NCBI GenBank assembly: GCA_020253445.1
Contig: JADCBP010000008.1
Location: 75,787-139,786 of the forward strand
Length of the DNA: 64,000 bases
Direction of reading: 5' to 3'
DNA from: Methylobacterium sp.
Lineage (GTDB): Bacteria > Pseudomonadota > Alphaproteobacteria > Rhizobiales > Beijerinckiaceae
The position numbers and the translations under genes are program-made. Position 1 is the stretch's first letter. Every line of letters starts with the position of its first letter. A model generated the notes under the pieces. The model was not told the origin of the DNA, made no database searches, and was given only the letters and a program-made list of their open reading frames with translations. This document shows, one piece after another, positions 1 through 9,395 of the stretch.

Positions 1-125
1 GAAAGGCCCGAATTCCGCCGCAAGGCTTTCAGCCGGAACCGCGCCGAATGGTCCGGTCTCGCCCATGAAAAAGCCAAGGGGGGGGGACCCATGACCTCGA
101 AAAATCGCGCTGCTGGCCTGTCGGC

Positions 126-860
126 TCAGAGCCTTATCGCGGGCGAGAACATCTTCTCGGGGACCGGCGCGCGGAATTCCACCGCGACGCCACCATCGAA
201 CACACGGACGACGCGCGCTGGCGTGGTTCCGAGCATCAGGTCATCGCCCTTCTGGAATTCGCCAGACACCGAGACACGGGCGCCGCTGAGTGAAACATCG
301 ATGACATGACCCGCGATCGTGGGCGCCAGACCATTGGACAGGTTGCGCACCATGATGCGGGGATCGCGCGGCACGATACGATCGTGGCGGCGATCTTCCG
401 GAAGGCCGAGCTGATCGCGGTTGGCGAGCCAGATGAGCTGGGCGGCGAGCTTGTCGCGCTTGCGCAGGGTGGTGGCGAGTTCCACCACGAAGCCGTCCTG
501 CGCAAGGCGCTCGACGGTGCCCTCGATGCGGCCGATCGTGTCGAAATATCCAACCACGCGCTCGCCGATCCGAACAACCGCATCGGAGCGGATTCCAAGC
601 GCCTTGATGCTCGCATCGATGGCGGTTCCGCCATGCTCGCTGCGATCCTCCAGCATGAAGCGCCCGCCGATCTCGATCTTCACGCGCAGCGGTTCCCGCC
701 TTTCGTTGCTCAAGCGAAAAAGCTGAAGCCGAGACCCGTGCGGGCTGTTTGCGGAAAGCGCATTGGAAAGCATGAGGGTGAACCTGCTGGAGGATGCAGG
801 ATAGTTTTGCCCGAAAGCCAAGAACGAAAGATTAACCCAAAGGGCAGCTTTGGACGCCAC
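126..860 (-). CDS. tandem PilZ-domain protein (c-di-GMP receptor candidate)
   Basis: 244-aa ORF with two PilZ-like modules. The first has RREPLR (RxxxR) with a loose D-x-S motif. The second has canonical RRHDR ... DVSLSG. Start is uncertain: GTG at 860 or ATG at 773. Confidence 0.65.
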   Translation of the reverse strand: MASKAALWVNLSFLAFGQNYPASSSRFTLMLSNALSANSPHGSRLQLFRLSNERREPLRVKIEIGGRFMLEDRSEHGGTAIDASIKALGIRSDAVVRIGERVVGYFDTIGRIEGTVERLAQDGFVVELATTLRKRDKLAAQLIWLANRDQLGLPEDRRHDRIVPRDPRIMVRNLSNGLAPTIAGHVIDVSLSGARVSVSGEFQKGDDLMLGTTPARVVRVFDGGVAVEFRAPVPEKMFSPAIRL

Positions 861-874
861 ACGTTGCTTTCAGC

Positions 875-1552
875 CTATTCTGCCTTGCCGCCGCGCAGAA
901 TCGCAAGATGGCCATGGCGCGCCAGCACCTCGCCGCTGCGCGCGCCGGGGACGAGGCCGATTGGCGCCCGCAGCTGCGATTGCCGGCCGAGCAGGCGCGT
1001 GCCGGTGATCGACAGCTCGATCGGGTGCTTGCGGGGCAATTGCGGCGGCTCGAAAAGCGCGATGATGCCGATCATGCGCGCACCCAGCCTGCCGCGATGC
1101 GTCAGCGGCAGGAGAATCATCTCGCCTTGCCCTTCGAAGGCGCGGCGACGTTCCTGCGCGGGTGGAGCGTTCTCTGGCCGGCGCAGCAGGCGCTCGAACG
1201 GGGCAGGTGCCGGAGCCGGACGTGGCAGGCCGAGGCTTGCGTCACGCAGGCTCAACAGCACGGGTTCGCCTTCCTGCGTCGCCTGGTCGAGCATTTCGTT
1301 CGCGGTCGCGAGCGAGGAAGTTTCGAAAATGGAGAGGTAGCCACTGCCGGTCACATCGCGGCCCAGGGCATGGACCAGCCGCGAGCCCGCCAGCCGGAAC
1401 GCGAAATTCTCCGTATCGCCATCGAGAATGAAGAGATCGCCGAGTTCCCTGGTGATCGTCTTCGGATCGATCTCCGATCGCGCGGGCGCAACCCGGCCCG
1501 CGGCGAGCGCAAGCCAGGTGCGATAGAATGCGCGGATGCTGTCATGTCGCAT
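875..1552 (-). CDS. PAS_5 (DUF1457) domain protein
   Basis: From ATG 1552: MRHDSIRAFYRTWLALAAGRVAPARSEIDPKTITRELGDLFILD...FRLAGSRLVHALGRDVTGSGYL. This fits the alphaproteobacterial PAS_5 family pattern. The longer track ORF (to 1687) has a non-protein-like N-terminus. Confidence 0.65.
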   Translation of the reverse strand: MRHDSIRAFYRTWLALAAGRVAPARSEIDPKTITRELGDLFILDGDTENFAFRLAGSRLVHALGRDVTGSGYLSIFETSSLATANEMLDQATQEGEPVLLSLRDASLGLPRPAPAPAPFERLLRRPENAPPAQERRRAFEGQGEMILLPLTHRGRLGARMIGIIALFEPPQLPRKHPIELSITGTRLLGRQSQLRAPIGLVPGARSGEVLARHGHLAILRGGKAE

Positions 1553-1939
1553 GGCGTCTGTCCCTGTCTGGTTCAAATCCGTGCCGGCCTGCGACGCTTG
1601 GCAGCGCTTCGGAGGGCCGACAGGGCAGGGACTGCGATTGGCGTGCCGCAAATTGGTTACCGGGCGACCACGGTTAACGCTTTGCAAAGGTAAGGTTAAG
1701 ATTGAAGGCCGCTTGATCGGGACCGGGCCCTGTGCGACCGTTCGATCGCTCCGAAGGTTTCAGCACCGCGCCCCGCTCCGGCGCGGTGTTTTCTTTTGCG
1801 CGACCCTTTCCGGTGCCGATCCCTCGCATGGCTGCCCGACCCCATTGCGCTGACACCGCATTTGCGGAAAACTTCCTTCAAAACGATGGTTCAGAACCGG
1901 CGTCGGCCTGCCGATCGCTTCAACCACAGGAGGAAAGCC

Positions 1940-2371
1940 ATGAGTGTCGGACGACTTCTGGACGGCAAGGGCCATGCCGTCATCACCGCGCGGGCGGATC
2001 AGACGTTGCGCGAGGCGAGCCGTCTTCTGGCCGAGTATCGGATCGGTGCGGTGGTGATCGGCGGCGAGGGTGGCTCCGTGGCCGGCATCCTCTCCGAGCG
2101 GGATATCGTGCGCGCCCTGGCTCAGCATGGCGCGGAGGCGCTGAACCATCCCGTCAGCCAGCACATGACGCGCAAGGTCGTCACCTGCACGGTCGCCATG
2201 GCGCTGCAGGAAGTGCTGGAGATCATGACCGCCGGCAAGTTCCGCCATTTGCCGGTGCTCAAGGATGGCCGTCTCGATGGCATGATCTCGATCGGCGATG
2301 TTGTGAAATATCGCCTCGCGCAGCTCGAGAACGAGAGCCGATCGCTGCGCGATTACATCGCCGCCAATTGA
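1940..2371 (+). CDS. CBS-pair domain protein
   Basis: ATG 1940 is preceded by AGGAGGAAAG. The 143-aa product has two CBS repeats (GAVVI...GILSERDIVRAL; FRHLPVLKDGRLDGMISIGDVVK). Confidence 0.85.
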   Translation: MSVGRLLDGKGHAVITARADQTLREASRLLAEYRIGAVVIGGEGGSVAGILSERDIVRALAQHGAEALNHPVSQHMTRKVVTCTVAMALQEVLEIMTAGKFRHLPVLKDGRLDGMISIGDVVKYRLAQLENESRSLRDYIAAN

Positions 2372-2428
2372 GGCGGGCGATGTTCCGGGCCCGGTGCTCG
2401 CGCCGGGAATGCTCAGCGCGTTGCGCCG

Positions 2429-2851
2429 TTAAATCTCGGGCTGAGAAACCATGCGCAGAACAGGGCCTTCCGTGCCCTGTTCCACCACGCGGTAGAAACA
2501 GGAGCGCCGGTCGGTGTGGCAGGCCGGGCCCTGCTGCTCGACGCGGATGAGGATCGCGTCCTGATCGCAATCCACCCGCATCTCGATAACCCGCTGCGTG
2601 TTCCCGCTCGTCTCGCCCTTGCGCCAGAGCGTGTTCCGGGAACGCGAGAAATACCAGGCATCGCCGGTGGAAACGGTGCGCGCCAGCGCCTCGGCATTCA
2701 TATGCGCGAGCATCAGCACCTCGCCGGAGGCGTGATCCACCGTAATGACCGTCACGAGGCCGTCGACGTTGAATTTCGGCGTGAATTCGCTGCCTTCCTC
2801 AAGCTGCAGCTTGGTTCCGGGCGGCGCGAAGGGGGTCGAGGGCGTCCACAT
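2429..2851 (-). CDS. hisI: phosphoribosyl-AMP cyclohydrolase
   Basis: From ATG 2851: ...GLVTVITVDHASGEVLMLAHMNAEALARTVSTGDAWYFSRSRNTLWRKGETSGNTQRVIEMRVDCDQDAILIRVEQQGPACHTDRRSCFY, the HisI signature. Confidence 0.85.
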   Translation of the reverse strand: MWTPSTPFAPPGTKLQLEEGSEFTPKFNVDGLVTVITVDHASGEVLMLAHMNAEALARTVSTGDAWYFSRSRNTLWRKGETSGNTQRVIEMRVDCDQDAILIRVEQQGPACHTDRRSCFYRVVEQGTEGPVLRMVSQPEI

Positions 2852-2883
2852 GCGGCTGTTCTTGCGGCCTCGGGTCCGAAGCG

Positions 2884-3279
2884 TCAAGCGCCGGGCTTCT
2901 TCCCCGGAACCTCGATGCAGAGCCATTTCGGCGCCTTGCCCCGGTAGGAATGCGATTGCGGCACAAGGCTGTTCTTCTGGTCGATGATGCCGATGGTGAG
3001 GCAAATGTTCTCTGCGCCGTCATCCAGCGCGAAGAGGCCGGAGCCGCAATCCGGGCAGAAGCCGCGCTGCGATTTCGGGGTGGTGCGCACGAGCTTCGGT
3101 GTGCCCTGGGTCCAGTTGAGGCCGGAAAGCGGGAAATCGACCCAGCCGACCACTGGCGCGCCGGACCATTTCTGGCACATCGTGCAGGAGCAGAAATGCG
3201 GCCAATCGGGCGGACCTTCCGCGCGGAACCTGATGTTCCCGCAGAGGCACCCGCCCGTGAAGACCTTGCGCTTCGCCAA
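2884..3279 (-). CDS. GFA/CENP-V family (glutathione-dependent formaldehyde-activating-like) protein
   Basis: 131 aa with Cys motifs GGCLCGNIRF, FCSCTMCQK and FCPDCGSGLF. The start codon at 3279 is TTG; there is no upstream in-frame ATG. Confidence 0.8.
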   Translation of the reverse strand: MAKRKVFTGGCLCGNIRFRAEGPPDWPHFCSCTMCQKWSGAPVVGWVDFPLSGLNWTQGTPKLVRTTPKSQRGFCPDCGSGLFALDDGAENICLTIGIIDQKNSLVPQSHSYRGKAPKWLCIEVPGKKPGA

Positions 3280-3284
3280 GAGCC

Positions 3285-3914
3285 TTAGCCCCGCTTGCCG
3301 CTGTTCAGCAGCGTGAAGAAACGCACCTGCTCGTTGGGGTCATCCCGGAAGACGCCCGTAAACTGGCAGGTCGTGGTGGAGGCGCCCGGCTTCTGGATGC
3401 CGCGCATGGTCATGCACATATGCTCGGCCTCGATCACGACCGCGATACCGCGCGGATGCAGCGCTTCCTGGATCGACTGCGTGATCTCGGCGGTCATGGT
3501 TTCCTGCGTCTGCAGACGGCGGGCGAAGGTCTCGACCACGCGGGCAAGCTTCGAGAGGCCCACCACGCCATCCGCCGGATAATAGGCGATATGCGCATGC
3601 CCGTAGAACGGAACCATGTGGTGCTCGCAATGCGAGTGAAAGGGAATGTCCCGCACCAGCACGAGATCGTCATAGCCCTCGACCTCGCGGAAGATTTTCG
3701 CGAGCGCCTCGGAAGGGTCCATCCGGTAGCCTTCGAAGAGTTCCTCATAGGCTTTCACGACGCGTTTCGGCGTTTCGAGAAGGCCCTCGCGGCTGGGGTC
3801 ATCCCCCGCCCAGGCGATCAGCGTGCGCACGGCGGCCTCCGCCTCGGCCCGGCTGGGCCGCATGACGGTGCGAGGTTCGGATTGGGGTCGCAAGGGCTTA
3901 ACCACGGCGTCCAT
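3285..3914 (-). CDS. folE: GTP cyclohydrolase I
   Basis: 209 aa with [22 protein letters not shown] and QETMT...ITQ...[20 protein letters not shown] motifs. Confidence 0.9.
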   Translation of the reverse strand: MDAVVKPLRPQSEPRTVMRPSRAEAEAAVRTLIAWAGDDPSREGLLETPKRVVKAYEELFEGYRMDPSEALAKIFREVEGYDDLVLVRDIPFHSHCEHHMVPFYGHAHIAYYPADGVVGLSKLARVVETFARRLQTQETMTAEITQSIQEALHPRGIAVVIEAEHMCMTMRGIQKPGASTTTCQFTGVFRDDPNEQVRFFTLLNSGKRG

Positions 3915-4072
3915 GGGGCCTTCTCCTTTTTCTGTTGCCTTCTTCCTACGCCAGGACCGGCGCGGCGGATGCCTCCTGCCGGTGGATTTATTTTTCGACG
4001 TTCTGTAACCCAGCCGATGGAAATGAATGTTGGGGCCGCCTATCTTTCGTCAGGTTTACGAGGCTCAGCGCG

Positions 4073-4525
4073 ATGCTCGACGACGTCTATAACCGGCGTA
4101 TCCTGGAACTGGCGGCTGACATTCCCCGTCAGGGTCGTCTCGCGCATCCTGACGCGAGCGCCACCGCGCATTCCAGGCTTTGCGGCTCGACCGTGACCGT
4201 GGACCTCGCGATGGAGGGCGATGTCGTCACGGATTTCGCGCAGGAGGTGCAGGCCTGCGCTTTGGGGCAGGCTTCATCCTCCATCATGGCGCGGAACGTC
4301 GTGGGCTCCACCGCCGGCGAATTGCGCGAGATGCGCGATACCCTGCGGCGAATGCTCAAGGAGAACGGCGCGCCGCCCGCGGGCAAGTGGGAAGATTTGC
4401 GCGTGCTCGAGCCCGTGCGCGATTTCAAGGCGCGCCACGCCTCGACCATGCTTGCCTTCGATGCCGTGGTGGACGCGATTGCGCAGATCGAGGCAAAAAG
4501 GGCGTCCCAACGGGCGGCGGAGTGA
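4073..4525 (+). CDS. NifU/IscU-like Fe-S cluster scaffold domain protein
   Basis: From ATG 4073: MLDDVYNRRILELAADIP...SRLCGSTVTVDL...ACALGQASSSIM...HASTMLAF, an IscU/SufU-like N-terminal-domain pattern. Confidence 0.7.
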   Translation: MLDDVYNRRILELAADIPRQGRLAHPDASATAHSRLCGSTVTVDLAMEGDVVTDFAQEVQACALGQASSSIMARNVVGSTAGELREMRDTLRRMLKENGAPPAGKWEDLRVLEPVRDFKARHASTMLAFDAVVDAIAQIEAKRASQRAAE

Positions 4526-4526
4526 C

Positions 4527-4820
4527 GTGCGCCTCGCCCGCCACCTCTTTCTCGCGCCGGTCCATCTCTACCGCTACACGCTTTCCGCCTTCATGGGCCG
4601 CACCTGCCGGCACATGCCCTCCTGTTCGGAATACATGATCGAGGCGGTGGAGCGTCATGGCATCTGGCCTGGCGGCTGGATGGGTTTCGCGCGGATCTGC
4701 CGCTGCAGGCCGGGGGGAACATCGGGCCTCGATTTCGTCTGCGAGGAGATTCCGCCGGCTGCGCGCTGGTATCGGCCTTGGCGCTATGGTCTGTGGCGGC
4801 GCACCAACGCGCCCTCCTGA
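4527..4820 (+). CDS. yidD: membrane protein insertion efficiency factor YidD
   Basis: GTG 4527 lies just after the upstream stop. Sequence: YRYTLSAFMGRTCRHMPSCSEYMIEAVERHGIWPGGWMGFARICRCRPGG, the YidD signature. Confidence 0.8.
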   Translation: MRLARHLFLAPVHLYRYTLSAFMGRTCRHMPSCSEYMIEAVERHGIWPGGWMGFARICRCRPGGTSGLDFVCEEIPPAARWYRPWRYGLWRRTNAPS

Positions 4821-4878
4821 CGGGGCGGGAAATGTCATGCTCAGAAAGGCTTAAGGCTTCTCTGCCACCACATTCTCC

Positions 4879-5814
4879 ATGATTTCGACGGATAATCCGG
4901 CCTGCGCGACACCCCAAAGGCGGCTCGTCCTGTTCACGCTGACGCTGGGCATTGCCACTGTCGTGGTCACTTTCCTCTGGAACAGCCTGCACAAGACGGA
5001 CTGGATCGGCCAGCTTCTCGGCTGGAATGGCGTGCTGGCCGTGGGGATGGTCAACCTTCTCTTCGTCGCTCTGGTGGTGATCTACTCGACCGTGCGACGC
5101 GATCCGCTGATCGTCCGCTCGGTGGTCGCCTGTCTCATCCTGCCGGCCTATGCCGCGGCGGTGAATATTCTCACCTTCCATGCCGCGAGCCTTGAGATGC
5201 CGCTCTTCGATGCGACCTTCGCGCGCTGGGATGCGGCGCTCGGCCTCGATTGGCCGGCTTTCGCCCGCTGGAGCGCGGAGCAGCATGTGATCCGCACTTA
5301 TGGCATCTTTATCTATGCCTATTGGTATTTTCTGGCGCCGCTGCTGCTGATTGTGCATGCGATGGTGCGGAAGGACCTTGCGCGGCTCGAGCGGATTGTC
5401 GGCTTCATCGTGGTTTCCGGCGTTTTCACGGTGGCGATCGGCTCGCTCATGCCCGCGGCATCCGTTTTCGCGCATCACGGCATCTCCGATGAATTCGCGC
5501 GCTACCTGAATTCGGCGGTCGATGCGAATTACGCCAAGGTCTATGCGGCGATGCGCAATTCCGAGCCGATCTCGCTGATGGATGTGGCGCATGGCACGGT
5601 GACCTTCCCGTCGCATCACACGCTGATGGGGGTGGCGGCGATCCTGTTCTCGATGCATTCCCTGCGCTTCGCCCTGCTGATGGTGCCCCCGAGTCTCGCC
5701 ATGATCTTTCTTACGCCCACCATGGGCGGGCATTACTTCGTGGACCTGATCGCCGGTGCGGCCCTTGCGATCCTCTGTTTCATCGGCGTCAACCGCCTCG
5801 CCCGGGCCGGTTGA
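4879..5814 (+). CDS. PAP2-superfamily (PAP2_3-like) integral membrane protein
   Basis: 311 aa with multiple TM segments. C-terminal motifs are FPSHHT and GGHYFVDLIAG, matching the PAP2 C2/C3 boxes. Confidence 0.55.
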   Translation: MISTDNPACATPQRRLVLFTLTLGIATVVVTFLWNSLHKTDWIGQLLGWNGVLAVGMVNLLFVALVVIYSTVRRDPLIVRSVVACLILPAYAAAVNILTFHAASLEMPLFDATFARWDAALGLDWPAFARWSAEQHVIRTYGIFIYAYWYFLAPLLLIVHAMVRKDLARLERIVGFIVVSGVFTVAIGSLMPAASVFAHHGISDEFARYLNSAVDANYAKVYAAMRNSEPISLMDVAHGTVTFPSHHTLMGVAAILFSMHSLRFALLMVPPSLAMIFLTPTMGGHYFVDLIAGAALAILCFIGVNRLARAG

Positions 5815-5944
5815 TCTGGCCAGGGCGGGGATTCCCCTTTCGGCCCGGATGCGTTAATCGAAGGGCCCGCGACAGGGTGGCGCCGCGATTCCACCCATCA
5901 CCCGAAGGCCTACCCGCGATTGTTGGCGGGAGTGGGCAGGAGAA

Positions 5945-7924
5945 ATGATGATGACGATCACCGTCACGTTCCCGGACGGCGCGCAGCGCCAGTTCCCCCT
6001 CGGCATCACCGGCAAGGATATCGCAGGCGGGATTTCCCCCTCGCTCCTGAAGCGCACGGTCGCGATGGCGCTTGATGGCGCGGTGTGCGATCTCGCGGAC
6101 CCGATCGCGAGCGATGCCCGGATCGAGTTCCTCACGCGCGAGGACCCGCGCAGCCTCGAACTCATCCGCCACGATTGCGCGCATGTGCTCGCCGAAGCGG
6201 TGCAGGAACTCTGGCCCGGCACGCAGGTGACCATCGGCCCGGTGATCGAGAACGGCTTCTACTATGATTTCGCCCGCGATACGCCCTTTACGCCCGAGGA
6301 TTTCCCGGCCATCGAGAAGAAGATGCGCGAGATCATCGCGCGCGATGCCGCCTTCACCAGGGAATTCTGGAGCCGCGAGCAGGCGAAGGATTTCTTCCGC
6401 GCCAAGGGCGAGGCCTTCAAGGTGGAACTGGTGGATGCCATTCCCGCCGGCGAAGACCTGAAAATGTATGCCCAGGGCCAGTGGATCGACCTCTGCCGCG
6501 GGCCCCACATGACCTCCGTCGGCAAGGTCGGCACGGCCTTCAAGCTGATGAAGGTGGCCGGCGCCTATTGGCGGGGCGACAGCAACAATCCGATGCTCAC
6601 CCGCATCTACGGCACCGCCTTCGCGAAGCAGGAGGAACTCGACGCCTATCTCCACCGGCTCGAGGAGGCGGAGAAACGCGACCATCGCCGCCTGGGCCGC
6701 GAAATGGATCTCTTCCATTTCCAGGATGAGGGGCCAGGCACGGTCTTCTGGCATTCCAAGGGCTGGACGATGTTCCAGCAGCTCATCGCCTATATGCGTC
6801 GCCGCCTCAGGCGCGATTACGAGGAGGTGAACGCCCCGCAGGTGCTGGACAAATCGCTCTGGGAGACCTCGGGCCATTGGGGCTGGTACCAGGAGAACAT
6901 GTTCGCGGTGAAGAGCGCCCATGCCTTCATGAACCCGCTCGACCCCGAGGCCGACCAGAAGGTTTTCGCGCTGAAGCCGATGAACTGCCCCGGCCATGTG
7001 CAGCTCTTCAAACATGGGCTGAAATCCTATCGCGACTTGCCGATCCGGCTAGCCGAATTCGGCCTGGTGCATCGCTATGAGCCCTCCGGCGCGCTCCACG
7101 GGCTGATGAGGGTGCGCGGCTTCACGCAGGATGATGCGCATATCTTCTGCACCGAGGAGCAGCTTGAGGCCGAGTGCCTGAAGATCAACGAGTTGATGCT
7201 CTCGGTCTATCGCCATTTCGGCTTCGACAGCCTCGTGGTGAAGCTCTCGACCCGGCCCGAAAAGCGCGTCGGCTCGGATGAGGCGTGGGATCGCGCCGAG
7301 GACATCATGCGCCGCGTGCTCGCAAAGATCGAGCGCGAGAGCGGCGGGAAAATCCGCACCGGCATCAACCCGGGCGAGGGCGCCTTCTACGGTCCGAAAT
7401 TCGAATATACCCTGCGCGATGCCATCGGGCGCGACTGGCAATGCGGCACCACGCAGGTCGATTTCAACCTGCCGGAACGCTTCGGGGCCTTCTATATCGG
7501 CGCGGATGGCGAGAAGAAGCAGCCGGTGATGGTGCATCGCGCCATCTGCGGCTCGATGGAGCGCTTCCTCGGCATTCTCATCGAGAATTATGGCGGGCAT
7601 TTCCCGCTCTGGCTCGCGCCGGAGCAGATCGTGGTCTGCCCGATCACGTCTGAAGCCGATCCTTACGCCGAAGAGGTGGTGGAGGCCTGCTTCGCGGCTG
7701 GTTTGCGCGCCCGCGCGGACCTCCGCAACGAGAAGATCAGCTACAAGGTGCGCGAGCATTCCCTTGCCAAGGTGCCGGTGATCTTCGCGGTCGGAAAACG
7801 CGAGGCGGAGGAGAAGACGGTGACCATCCGCCGGCTCGGCAGCCAGGCGCAGGAGACGAAATCGCTGGTGGATGCGCTCGCCGCGCTGGAGGCCGAAGCG
7901 GTTCCGCCCGATGAAAAGCGGTGA
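5945..7924 (+). CDS. thrS: threonine--tRNA ligase
   Basis: 659 aa. It has a TGS-like N-terminus ([13 protein letters not shown]), editing-domain [11 protein letters not shown], class II core ([42 protein letters not shown]) and an anticodon-binding C-terminus. Confidence 0.95.
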   Translation: MMMTITVTFPDGAQRQFPLGITGKDIAGGISPSLLKRTVAMALDGAVCDLADPIASDARIEFLTREDPRSLELIRHDCAHVLAEAVQELWPGTQVTIGPVIENGFYYDFARDTPFTPEDFPAIEKKMREIIARDAAFTREFWSREQAKDFFRAKGEAFKVELVDAIPAGEDLKMYAQGQWIDLCRGPHMTSVGKVGTAFKLMKVAGAYWRGDSNNPMLTRIYGTAFAKQEELDAYLHRLEEAEKRDHRRLGREMDLFHFQDEGPGTVFWHSKGWTMFQQLIAYMRRRLRRDYEEVNAPQVLDKSLWETSGHWGWYQENMFAVKSAHAFMNPLDPEADQKVFALKPMNCPGHVQLFKHGLKSYRDLPIRLAEFGLVHRYEPSGALHGLMRVRGFTQDDAHIFCTEEQLEAECLKINELMLSVYRHFGFDSLVVKLSTRPEKRVGSDEAWDRAEDIMRRVLAKIERESGGKIRTGINPGEGAFYGPKFEYTLRDAIGRDWQCGTTQVDFNLPERFGAFYIGADGEKKQPVMVHRAICGSMERFLGILIENYGGHFPLWLAPEQIVVCPITSEADPYAEEVVEACFAAGLRARADLRNEKISYKVREHSLAKVPVIFAVGKREAEEKTVTIRRLGSQAQETKSLVDALAALEAEAVPPDEKR

Positions 7925-8449
7925 GGGAGCGGCCCGGAGGCGATCAGCCGAGCAAAAACTCCCGCCGCATCGGGCAAACCCGTGCGGGGACAGGGGGGCG
8001 CGGGTCGCCCGCCGGCGGTGACCGGCTGGCACATGCGAAAGGAAGGGAGCCGGTTGAGCCGGCTTCCCGACGAGCGGACAACCCGCGCCTTCAGGATTTT
8101 GCACTGACGGGGCCGGTTACGTCCGACCCGCGGACCCCCATGGGCTGGAGGACCCCGCCAAGCGCAGCGGTTTTCCGGGAGCCCCGCGCCGCGCGATCGG
8201 CGCTGCTGCCCCGGCTGGCATGCCTGTTTTCTGGCCGGGGGGTTTCGCACGGAACCGCGTTCCGCCTCACCACCGGCCCAGACGCGCCACCGCCCGACCC
8301 TGAACCCCGCCGCGAACCCGCCCGTTCGCGTGACGGGCCGCCCTGACCGGCGAGGCGAGGGGATTATGGGGGCGGGAGCGGGGATAAGGTTGCGGGAAGA
8401 GCCTAGCCCTCCTGCTGCATAATTGGCGTCTCAATTAAGAGTGCTATTT

Positions 8450-9019
8450 TTACTTTGGAAGCACTGAATTGGCAACTTCTACCCAGTATTCTGCGTCAAA
8501 TTTTTCAATATTACCGTGATCTAATTTGGCATTTAAATCGTCGCCAACGTCGACATAAACACATCTGTGTTTCATGTCTTGGATTGCATTAGTTTGTGAC
8601 AAAGCAAAAAACCTGTTGTACCGTGAATTTGTTGCGCTGTTTGCCATCGCGTCGATGAGTTGATCTTCTAAAAAATGCATAGGAATAATTTTTTCTTTGT
8701 CCTGAATATCGGAATGTTTTTCAAGCTTCAAACCCATCTCGTCCAGATGAGATTTGATCGCTTCAAGAAATAATTCTGCCATTAGATATGATGACGCAAA
8801 TTTCTGTTTGGATCGGTGAAGATTTTTTTGTGACAATTTTTCGCCTGATTTAATAATTCGAAATTTCCCCGACTCTTCTATGGATAAAATTGAAAAATAT
8901 ACAGAACTTGGGTAAGAACCATTATTGAAAAGCAATCTTGCATCGTTCAGCAAGCGCAACGCATTGCTCTTTATTAGTTCAAGCGTTGGATCGAGTATTG
9001 CATTTTGGGAGTCAGGCAT
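8450..9019 (-). CDS. AbiV-family (HEPN-superfamily) abortive-infection protein candidate
   Basis: 189-aa ORF in sharply low-G+C DNA; two 60-nt lines hand-counted at 38% and 32% G+C. N-terminal SNALRLLNDARLLFNNGSYPSSVYFSILSIEESGKF fits my recollection of the AbiV family helix pair ending in EE.GK. It also has NLHRSKQKF and KHRCVYVDV. There is no SD, and the start is 13 bp after the upstream stop. Confidence 0.5.
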   Translation of the reverse strand: MPDSQNAILDPTLELIKSNALRLLNDARLLFNNGSYPSSVYFSILSIEESGKFRIIKSGEKLSQKNLHRSKQKFASSYLMAELFLEAIKSHLDEMGLKLEKHSDIQDKEKIIPMHFLEDQLIDAMANSATNSRYNRFFALSQTNAIQDMKHRCVYVDVGDDLNAKLDHGNIEKFDAEYWVEVANSVLPK

Positions 9020-9032
9020 TGCGTGATATTTT

Positions 9033-9269
9033 TTAAAAAGCCTTAAACGTGATCACCGTCTGCGTGTCCTGGATGCCGGGGATGACCTGCACCTTGTTGG
9101 CGACGAAATGGCCGATATCGTTCGCGTCATCGAGGTGGAACTTCGCGAGAATGTCGTAATTGCCGGCCGTGGAATAGATTTCGGAAGCGATTTCGGCATC
9201 GGCGAGGGCGGTCGCGACCTCGTAGGTCTTGCCGAGCCTGCATTTGATCTGCACAAAAAATGTTTGCAT
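9033..9269 (-). CDS. stand-alone Lrp/AsnC ligand-binding (RAM) domain protein
   Basis: From ATG 9269 (AAGGAAAG upstream): MQTFFVQIKCRLGKTYEVATALADAEIASEIYSTAGNYDILAKFHLDD...IPGIQDTQTVITFKAF. This is 78 aa with the RAM-domain pattern and no HTH. Confidence 0.7.
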   Translation of the reverse strand: MQTFFVQIKCRLGKTYEVATALADAEIASEIYSTAGNYDILAKFHLDDANDIGHFVANKVQVIPGIQDTQTVITFKAF

Positions 9270-9395
9270 TTTTTGTTTTTCTTTCCTTGTCGCTGCGCGA
9301 CGTCCGGGCTGCCGTTCCTTTTGCGCTTTCGCGCATATTCTTGCCGACGGCCCTTGGCCTTTGCCAGCGCATAAACTCGTTCGCCTTGCCGCCGC

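Noticed and set aside
1-66. A minus-strand ORF start (ATG at 66-64) running off the left edge.
   Set aside because: Only 22 codons are visible, there is no SD (a C9 tract sits in its place) and there is no recognisable motif. That is too little evidence to call a CDS.
4591-5733. A 380-aa minus-strand ORF.
   Set aside because: It is antisense to the PAP2-like membrane protein and yidD. The sequence is His/Arg-rich low complexity.
7925-9032. A tRNA, tmRNA or integrase that would explain insertion of the low-G+C islet. Also an infC gene after thrS.
   Set aside because: There is no T-loop (GGTTCGAATCC-like) or acceptor-stem pattern on either strand. There is no recombinase ORF and no flanking direct repeat. 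No frame translates to an IF-3-like product.
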